A stretch of DNA of 64,000 nt from Auanema rhodensis (taxonomy: Eukaryota > Animalia > Nematoda). Below the pieces are notes generated by a model. It worked only from the letters and a program-made list of their open reading frames with translations. It was not told where the DNA came from and searched no databases. This document shows, one piece after another, positions 1-10,000 of the stretch. Each line of letters opens with the position of its first letter. Within the stretch, counting starts at the first letter, position 1. The position numbers were made by a program, and so were the translations under genes. The stretch spans positions 20,894,001 to 20,958,000 of the forward strand of contig OZ059898.1 of assembly GCA_964057225.1 (NCBI GenBank), in the 5' to 3' direction.

Positions 1-30
1 GTCTAAAAACAAATTTTTATTGATATTGGT

Positions 31-45
31 TCATGGTAACCATGA
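31..45. other. Inverted repeat TCATGGT-A-ACCATGA (7-bp arms, 1-nt spacer), present in most monomers
   Basis: Reverse complement of TCATGGT (31-37) is ACCATGA (39-45). Confidence 0.95.
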
Positions 46-64
46 CTTTGAAATTTACGTGAAC

Positions 65-84
65 TTTAATTTATGCTAATTAAA
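65..84. other. Inverted repeat TTTAATT-(TATGCT)-AATTAAA (7-bp arms); 8-bp arms with 3-nt loop in 175-bp deletion monomers
   Basis: Reverse complement of TTTAATT (65-71) is AATTAAA (78-84). Deletion monomers read TTTAATTA-TGC-TAATTAAA. Confidence 0.9.
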
Positions 85-118
85 TGTACACGTGATGTGC
101 ACTTGGTATGTAACTCGC

Positions 119-128
119 TTCACGTGAA
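119..128. other. Perfect 10-bp palindrome TTCACGTGAA containing a CACGTG E-box/G-box; second CACGTG at 89-94
   Basis: Read directly from the sequence. Protein binding is not demonstrated. Confidence 0.9.
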
Positions 129-3100
129 AGATAAAGAGATGCGGTTTTCAAAATTAGATTCCCCATGTCCATATTAGTCTAAAAACAAATTTTTATTGAT
201 ATTGGTGCATGGTAACCATGACTTTGAAATTTACGTGAACTTTAATTTATGCTAATTAAATGTACACGTGATGTGCACTTGGTATGTAACTCGCTTCACG
301 TGAATGATAAAGAGATGCGGTTTTCAAAATTAGATTCCCCATGTCCATATTAGTCTAAAAACAAATTTTTATTGATATTGGTTCATGGTAACCATGACTT
401 TGAAATTTACGTGAACTTTAATTTATGCTAATTAAATGTACACGTGATGTGCACTTGGTATGTAACTCGCTTCACGTGAAAGATAAAGAGATGCGGTTTT
501 CAAAAGTAGATTCCTCATGTCCATATTAGTCTAAAAACAAATGTTTATTGATATTGGTGCATGGTAACCATGACTTTGAAATTTACGTGAACTTTAATTT
601 ATGCTAATTAAATGTACACGTGATGTGCACTTGGTATGTAACTCGCTTCACGTGAATGATAAAGAGATGCGGTTTTCAAAATTAGATTCCCCATGTCCAT
701 ATTAGTATAAAAACAAATTTTTATTAATATTGGTTCATGGTAACCATGACTTTGAAATTTACGTGAACTTTAATTTATGCTAATTAAATGTACACGTGAT
801 GTGCACTTGGTATGTAACTCGCTTCACGTGAAAGATAAAGAGATGCGGTTTTCAAAATTAGATTCCCCATGTCCATATTAGTCTACAAACAAATTTTCAT
901 TGATATTGGTTCATGGTAACCATGACTTTGAAATTTACGTGAACTTTAATTTATGCTAATTAAATGTACACGTCATGTGCACTTGGTATGTAACTCGCTT
1001 CACGTGAAAGATAAAGAGATGCGGTTTTCAAAAGTAGATTCCCCATGTCCATATTAGTCTAAAAACAAATGTTTATTGATATTGGTGCATGGTAACCATG
1101 ACTTTGAAATTTACGTGAACTTTAATTTATGCTAATTAAATGTACACGTGATGTGCACTTGGTATGTAACTCGCTTCACGTGAAAGATAAAGAGATGCGG
1201 TTTTCAAAATTACATTCCCCATGTCCATATTAGTCTAAAAACAAATTTTTATTGATATTGGTTCATGGTAACCATGACTTTGAAATTTACGTGAATTTTA
1301 ATTTATGCTTATTAAATGTACACGTGATGTGCACTTGGTATGTAACTCGCTTCACGTGAAAGATAAAGAGATGCGGTTTTCAAAATTAGATTCCCCATGT
1401 CCATATTAGTCTACAAACAAATTTTCATTGATATTGGTTCATGGTAACCATGACTTTGAAATTTACGTGAACTTTAATTTATGCTAATTAAATGTACACG
1501 TCATGTGCACTTGGTATGTAACTCGCTTCACGTGAAAGATAAAGAGATGCGGTTTTCAAAAGTAGATTCCTCATGTCCATATTAGTCTAAAAACAAATGT
1601 TTATTGATATTGGTGCATGGTAACCATGACTTTGAAATTTACGTGAACTTTAATTTATGCTAATTAAATGTACACGTGATGTGCACTTGGTATGTAACTC
1701 GCTTCACGTGAATGATAAAGAGATGCGGTTTTCAAAATTAGATTCCCCATGTCCATATTAGTCTAAAAACAAATTTTTATTGATATTGGTTCATGGTAAC
1801 CATGACTTTGAAATTTACGTGAACTTTAATTTATGCTAATTAAATGTACAGGTAATGTGCACTTGGTATGTAACTCGCTTCACGTGAAAGATAAAGAGAT
1901 GCGGTTTTCAAAATTAGATTCCCCATGTCCATATTAGTCTAAAAACAAATTTTTATTGATATTGGTGCTTGGTAACCATGACTTTGAAATTTACGTGAAC
2001 TTTAATTTATGCTAATTAAATGTACACGTGATGTGCACTTGGTATGTAACTCGCTTCACGTAAAAGATAAAGAGATGCGGTTTTCAAAATTAGATTCCCC
2101 ATGTCCATATTAGTCTAAAAACAAATTTTTATTGATATTGGTTCATGGTAACCATGACTTTGAAATTTACGTGAACTTTAATTTATGCTAATTAAATGTA
2201 CACGTGATGTGCACTTGGTATGTAACTCGTTTCACGTAAAAGATAAAGAGATGCGGTTTTCAAAATTAGATTTCCCATGTCCATATTAGTCTAAAAACAA
2301 ATTTTTATTGATATTGGTGCTTGGTAACCATGACTTTGAAATTTACGTGAACTTTAATTTATGCTAATTAAATGTACACGTGATGTGCACTTGGTATGTA
2401 ACTCGCTTCACGTAAAAGATAAAGAGATGCGGTTTTCAAAATTAGATTCCCCATGTCCATATTAGTCTAAAAACAAATTTTTATTGATATTGGTTCATGG
2501 TACCCATGACTTTGAAATTTACGTGAACTTTAATTATGCTAATTAAATGTACAGGTAATGTGCACTTGGTATGTAACTCGCTTCACGTAAAAGATAAAGA
2601 GATGCGGTTTTCAAAATTAGATTTCCCATGTCCATATTAGTCTAAAAACAAATTTTTATTGATATTGGTTCATGGTAACCATGACTTTGAAATTTACGTG
2701 AACTTTAATTTATGCTAATTAAATGTACACGTGATGTGCACTTGGTATGTAACTCGCTTCACGTGAAAGATAAAGAGATGCGGTTCTCAAAATTAGATTC
2801 CCCATGTCCATATTAGTCTAAAAACAAATTTTTATTGATATTGGTTCATGGTAACCATGACTTTGAAATTTACGTGAACTTTAATTATGCTAATTAAATG
2901 TACACGTGATGTGCACTTGGTATGTAACTCGCTTCACGTGAAAGATAAAGAGATGCGGTTTTCAAAATTAGATTCCCCATGTCCATATTAGTCTAAAAAC
3001 AAATTTTTATTGATATTGGTTCATGGTACCCATGACTTTGAAATTTACGTGAACTTTAATTATGCTAATTAAATGTACAGGTGATGTGCACTTGGTATGT

Positions 3101-6100
3101 AACTCGCTTCACGTGAAAGATAAAGAGATGCGGTTTTCAAAATTAGATTCCCCATGTCCATATTAGTCTAAAAACAAATTTTTATTGATATTGGTGCTTG
3201 GTAACCATGACTTTGAAATTTACGTGAACTTTAATTTATGCTAATTAAATGTACACGTGATGTGCACTTGGTATGTAACTCGCTTCACGTAAAAGATAAA
3301 GAGATGCGGTTTTCAAAATTAGATTTCCCATGTCCATATTAGTCTAAAAACTAATTTTTATTGATATTGGTTCATGGTAACCATGACTTTGAAATTTACG
3401 TGAACTTTAATTCATGCTAATTAAATGTACACGTGATGTGCACTTGGTATGTAACTCGCTTCACGTGAAAGATAAAGAGATGCGGTTTTCAAAATTAGAT
3501 TCCCCATGTCCATATTAGTCTAAAAACAAATTTTTATTGATATTGGTGCTTGGTAACCATGACTTTGAAATTTACGTGAACTTTAATTTATGCTAATTAT
3601 ATGTACACGTGATGTGCACTTGGTATGTAACTCGCTTCACGTAAAAGATAAAGAGATGCGGTTTTCAAAATTAGATTTCCCATGTCCATATTAGTCTAAA
3701 AACAAATTTTTATTGATATTGGTTCATGGTAACCATGACTTTGAAATTTACGTGAACTTTAATTTATGCTAATTAAATGTACACGTGATGTGCACTTGGT
3801 ATGTAACTCGCTTCACGTGAAAGATAAAGAGATGCGGTTTTCAAAATTAGATTCCCCATGTCCATATTAGTCTAAAAACAAATTTTTATTGATATTGGTT
3901 CATGGTAACCATGACTTTGAAATTTACGTGAACTTTAATTATGCTAATTAAATGTACAGGTAATGTGCACTTGGTATGTAACTCGCTTCACGTGAAAGAT
4001 AAAGAGATGCGGTTTTCAAAATTAGATTCCCCATGTCCATATTAGTCTAAAAACAAATTTTTATTGATATTGGTGGTTGGTAACCATGACTTTGAAATTT
4101 ACGTGAACTTTAATTTATGCTAATTAAATGTACACGTGATGTGCACTTGGTATGTAACTCGCTTCACGTGAAAGATAAAGAGATGCGGTTTTCAAAATTA
4201 GATTCCCCATGTCCATATTAGTCTAAAAACAAATTTTTATTGATATTGGTTCATGGTAACCATGACTTTGAAATTTACGTGAACTTTAATTTATGCTAAT
4301 TATATGTACACGTGATGTGCACTTGGTATGTAACTCGCTTCACGTGAAAGATAAAGAGATGCGGTTTTCAAAATTAGATTTCCCATGTCCATATTAGTCT
4401 AAAAACAAATTTTTATTGATATTGGTTCATGGTAACCATGACTTTGAAATTTACGTGAACTTTAATTTATGCTAATTAAATGTACACGTGATGTGCACTT
4501 GGTATGTAACTCGCTTCACGTGAAAGATAAAGAGATGCGGTTTTCAAAATTAGATTTCCCATGTCCATATTAGTCTAAAAACAAATTTTTATTGATATTG
4601 GTTCATGGTAACCATGACTTTGAAATTTACGTGAACTTTAATTTATGCTAATTAAATGTACACGTGATGTGCACTTGGTATGTAACTCGCTTCACGTGAA
4701 AGATAAAGAGATGCGGTTTTCAAAATTAGATTCCCCATGTCCATATTAGTCTAAAAACAAATTTTTATTGATATTGGTTCATGGTAACCATGACTTTGAA
4801 ATTTACGTGAATTTTAATTTATGCTAATTAAATGTACACGTGATGTGCACTTGGTATGTAACTCGCTTCACGTGAAAGATAAAGAGATGCGGTTTTCAAA
4901 ATTAGATTCCCCATGTCCATATTAGTCTACAAACAAATTTTCATTGATATTGGTTCATGGTAACCATGACTTTGAAATTTACGTGAACTTTAATTTATGC
5001 TAATTAAATATACACGTCATGTGCACTTGGTATGTAACTCGCTTCACGTGAAAGATAAAGAGATGCGGTTTTCAAAAGTAGATTCCCCATGTCCATATTA
5101 GTCTAAAAACAAATGTTTATTGATATTGGTTCATGGTAACCATGACTTTGAAATTTACGTGAACTTTAATTTATGCTAATTAAATGTACACGTGATGTGC
5201 ACTTGGTATGTAACTCGCTTCACGTGAAAGATAAAGAGATGCGGTTTTCAAAATTAGATTTCCCATGTCCATATTAGTCTAAAAACAAATTTTTATTGAT
5301 ATTGGTTCATGGTAACCATGACTTTGAAATTTACGTGAACTTTAATTTATGCTAATTAAATGTACACGTGATGTGCACTTGGTATGTAACTCGCTTCACG
5401 TGAAAGATAAAGAGATGCGGTTTTCAAAATTAGATTCCCCATGTCCATATTAGTCTAAAAACAAATTTTTATTGATATTGGTTCATGGTAACCATGACTT
5501 TGAAATTTACGTGAATTTTAATTTATGCTAATTAAATGTACACGTGATGTGCACTTGGTATGTAACTCGCTTCACGTGAAAGATAAAGAGATGCGGTTTT
5601 CAAAATTAGATTTCCCATGTCCATATTAGTCTAAAAACAAATTTTTATTGATATTGGTTCATGGTAACCATGACTTTGAAATTTACGTGAACTTTAATTT
5701 ATGCTAATTAAATGTACACGTGATGTGCACTTGGTATGTAACTCGCTTCACGTGAAAGATAAAGAGATGCGGTTTTCAAAATTAGATTTCCCATGTCCAT
5801 ATTAGTCTAAAAACAAATTTTTATTGATATTGGTTCATGGTAACCATGACTTTGAAATTTACGTGAACTTTAATTTATGCTAATTAAATGTACACGTGAT
5901 GTGCACTTGGTATGTAACTCGCTTCACGTGAAAGATAAAGAGATGCGGTTTTCAAAATTAGATTCCCCATGTCCATATTAGTCTAAAAACAAATTTTTAT
6001 TGATATTGGTTCATGGTAACCATGACTTTGAAATTTACGTGAACTTTAATTTATGCTAATTAAATGTACACGTGATGTGCACTTGGTATGTAACTCGCTT

Positions 6101-6332
6101 CACGTGAAAGATAAAGAGATGCGGTTTTCAAAATTAGATTCCCCATGTCCATATTAGTCTACAAACAAATTTTCATTGATATTGGTTCATGGTAACCATG
6201 ACTTTGAAATTTACGTGAACTTTAATTTATGCTAATTAAATGTACACGTGATGTGCACTTGGTATGTAACTCGCTTCACGTGAAAGATAAAGAGATGCGG
6301 TTTTCAAAATTAGATTCCCCATGTCCATATTA

Positions 6333-9300
6333 GTCTACAAACAAATTTTCATTGATATTGGTTCATGGTAACCATGACTTTGAAATTTACGTGAACTTTA
6401 ATTTATGCTAATTAAATGTACACGTCATGTGCACTTGGTATGTAACTCGCTTCACGTGAAAGATAAAGAGATGCGGTTTTCAAAAGTAGATTCCTCATGT
6501 CCATATTAGTCTAAAAACAAATGTTTATTGATATTGGTGCATGGTAACCATGACTTTGAAATTTACGTGAACTTTAATTTATGCTAATTAAATGTACACG
6601 TGATGTGCACTTGGTATGTAACTCGCTTCACGTGAATGATAAAGAGATGCGGTTTTCAAAATTAGATTCCCCATGTCCATATTAGTCTAAAAACAAATTT
6701 TTATTGATATTGGTTCATGGTAACCATGACTTTGAAATTTACGTGAACTTTAATTTATGCTAATTAAATGTACACGTGATGTGCACTTGGTATGTAACTC
6801 GCTTCACGTGAAAAATAAAGAGATGCGGTTTTCAAAATTAGATTCCCCATGTCCATATTAGTCTAAAAACAAATTTTTATTGATATTGGTTCATGGTACC
6901 CATGACTTTGAAATTTACGTGAACTTTAATTATGCTAATTAAATGTACAGGTAATGTGCACTTGGTATGTAACTCGCTTCACGTGAAAGATAAAGAGATG
7001 CGGTTTTCAAAATTAGATTCCTCATGTCCATATTAGTCTAAAAACAAATTTTTATTGATATTGGTGCTTGGTAACCATGACTTTGAAATTTACGTGAACT
7101 TTAATTTATGCTAATTAAATGTACACGTGATGTGCACTTGGTATGTAACTCGCTTCACGTAAAAGATAAAGAGATGCGGTTTTGAAAAGTAGATTCCCCA
7201 TGTCCATATTAGTCTAAAAACAAATTTTTATTGATATTGGTTCATGGTAACCATGACTTTGAAATTTACGTGAACTTTAATTTATGCTAATTAAATGTAC
7301 ACGTGATGTGAACTTGGTATGTAACTCGTTTCACGTGAAAGATAAAGAGATGCGGTTTTCAAAATTAGATTCCCCATGTCCATATTAGTCTAAAAACAAA
7401 TTTTTATTGATATTGGTTCATGGTAACCATGACTTTGAAATTTACGTGAACTTTAATTTATGCTAATTAAATGTACACGTGATGTGCACTTGGTATGTAA
7501 CTCGCTTCACGTGAAAGATAAAGAGATGCGGTTTTCAAAAGTAGATTCCCCATGTCCATATTAGTCTAAAAACAAATTTTTATTGATATTGGTTCATGGT
7601 AACCATGACTTTGAAATTTACGTGAATTTTAATTTATGCTAATTAAATGTACACGTGATGTGCACTTGGTATGTAACTCGCTTCACGTGAAAGATAAAGA
7701 GATGCGGTTTTCAAAATTAGATTTCCCATGTCCATATTAGTCTAAAAACAAATTTTTATTGATATTGGTTCATGGTAACCATGACTTTGAAATTTACGTG
7801 AACTTTAATTTATGCTAATTAAATGTACACGTGATGTGCACTTGGTATGTAACTCGCTTCACGTGAAAGATAAAGAGATGCGGTTTTCAAAATTAGATTT
7901 CCCATGTCCATATTAGTCTAAAAACAAATTTTTATTGATATTGGTTCATGGTAACCATGACTTTGAAATTTACGTGAACTTTAATTTATGCTAATTAAAT
8001 GTACACGTGATGTGCACTTGGTATGTAACTCGCTTCACGTGAAAGATAAAGAGATGCGGTTTTCAAAATTAGATTCCCCATGTCCATATTAGTCTAAAAA
8101 CAAATTTTTATTGATATTGGTTCATGGTAACCATGACTTTGAAATTTACGTGAATTTTAATTTATGCTAATTAAATGTACACGTGATGTGCACTTGGTAT
8201 GTAACTCGCTTCACGTGAAAGATAAAGAGATGCGGTTTTCAAAATTAGATTCCCCATGTCCATATTAGTCTACAAACAAATTTTCATTGATATTGGTTCA
8301 TGGTAACCATGACTTTGAAATTTACGTGAACTTTAATTTATGCTAATTAAATATACACGTCATGTGCACTTGGTATGTAACTCGCTTCACGTGAAAGATA
8401 AAGAGATGCGGTTTTCAAAAGTAGATTCCCCATGTCCATATTAGTCTAAAAACAAATGTTTATTGATATTGGTGCATGGTAACCATGACTTTGAAATTTA
8501 CGTGAACTTTAATTTATGCTAATTAAATGTACACGTGATGTGCACTTGGTATGTAACTCGCTTCACGTGAAAGATAAAGAGATGCGGTTTTCAAAATTAG
8601 ATTCCCCATGTCCATATTAGTCTAAAAACAAATTTTTATTGATATTGGTTCATGGTAACCATGACTTTGAAATTTACGTTAATTTTAATTTATGCTAATT
8701 AAATGTACACGTGATGTGCACTTGGTATGTAACTCGCTTCACGTGAAAGATAAAGAGATGCGGTTTTCAAAATTAGATTCCCCATGTCCATATTAGTCTA
8801 CAAACAAATTTTCATTGATATTGGTTCATGGTAACCATGACTTTGAAATTTACGTGAACTTTAATTTATGCTAATTAAATGTACACGTCATGTGCACTTG
8901 GTATGTAACTCGCTTCACGTGAAAGATAAAGAGATGCGGTTTTCAAAAGTAGATTCCTCATGTCCATATTAGTCTAAAAACAAATGTTTATTGATATTGG
9001 TGCATGGTAACCATGACTTTGAAATTTACGTGAACTTTAATTTATGCTAATTAAATGTACACGTGATGTGCACTTGGTATGTAACTCGCTTCACGTGAAT
9101 GATAAAGAGATGCGGTTTTCAAAATTAGATTCCCCATTTCCATATTAGTCTAAAAACAAATTTTTATTGATATTGGTTCATGGTAACCATGACTTTGAAA
9201 TTTACGTGAACTTTAATTTATGCTAATTAAATGTACACGTGATGTGCACTTGGTATGTAACTCGCTTCACGTGAAAAATAAAGAGATGCGGTTTTCAAAA

Positions 9301-10000
9301 TTAGATTCCCCATGTCCATATTAGTCTAAAAACAAATTTTTATTGATATTGGTTCATGGTACCCATGACTTTGAAATTTACGTGAACTTTAATTATGCTA
9401 ATTAAATGTACAGGTAATGTGCACTTGGTATGTAACTCGCTTCACGTGAAAGATAAAGAGATGCGGTTTTCAAAATTAGATTCCTCATGTCCATATTAGT
9501 CTAAAAACAAATTTTTATTGATATTGGTGCTTGGTAACCATGACTTTGAAATTTACGTGAACTTTAATTTATGCTAATTTAATGTACACGTGATGTGCAC
9601 TTGGTATGTAACTCGCTTCACGTAAAAGATAAAGAGATGCGGTTTTGAAAAGTAGATTCCCCATGTCCATATTAGTCTAAAAACAAATTTTTATTGATAT
9701 TGGTTCATGGTAACCATGACTTTGAAATTTACGTGAACTTTAATTTATGCTAATTAAATGTACACGTGATGTGAACTTGGTATGTAACTCGTTTCACGTG
9801 AAAGATAAAGAGATGCGGTTTTCAAAATTAGATTCCCCATGTCCATATTAGTCTAAAAACAAATTTTTATTGATATTGGTTCATGGTAACCATGACTTTG
9901 AAATTTACGTGAACTTTAATTTATGCTAATTAAATGTACACGTGATGTGCACTTGGTATGTAACTCGCTTCACGTGAAAGATAAAGAGATGCGGTTTTCA
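6333..10000 (+). repeat. About 7-monomer block duplicated at a 14-monomer offset (2463 bp): ~6333-7540 and ~8796-10000
   Basis: Rare variants shared at identical offset: G130A (6814/9277), C149G (7184/9647), C100A (7311/9774); 2463=14x176-1. Confidence 0.85.

Larger units (their letters stand above)
1..176 (+). repeat. Consensus-type monomer: GTCTAAAAACAAATTTTTATTGATATTGGTTCATGGTAACCATGACTTTGAAATTTACGTGAACTTTAATTTATGCTAATTAAATGTACACGTGATGTGCACTTGGTATGTAACTCGCTTCACGTGAAAGATAAAGAGATGCGGTTTTCAAAATTAGATTCCCCATGTCCATATTA
   Basis: First monomer carries the majority base at the positions compared by eye. 26 C + 30 G of 176; 5 CpG (58, 91, 116, 123, 142). Single BstEII (35-41), BsrGI (85-90) and ApaLI (97-102) sites; two PmlI sites (89-94, 121-126). 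Confidence 0.97.

Noticed and set aside
73-82. ATGCTAAT octamer-like (POU) and TAATTA homeodomain-like sites as regulatory elements
   Set aside because: Short AT-rich motifs expected by chance at 68% AT; no gene nearby and no supporting evidence.
114-145. CENP-B box
   Set aside because: The core TTCG-n4-A-n2-CGGG is not present on either strand; CTCGCTTC and GCGG give only superficial resemblance.
1-176. Tandem 5S rRNA, tRNA, snRNA or spliced-leader gene array
   Set aside because: No recognisable 5S sequence, Pol III A/B/C boxes or cloverleaf; no gene-plus-spacer conservation pattern that I can identify.
1-176. Identity with Brassica CentBr, Arabidopsis CEN178 or primate alpha satellite
   Set aside because: Similar length only; no sequence motifs of those families recognised, and no AAGCTT site.
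89-176. Budding-yeast point centromere (CDEI-CDEII-CDEIII)
   Set aside because: A CDEI-like octamer is present, but there is no >90% AT CDEII or CCGAA CDEIII core, and point centromeres are not tandemly arrayed.
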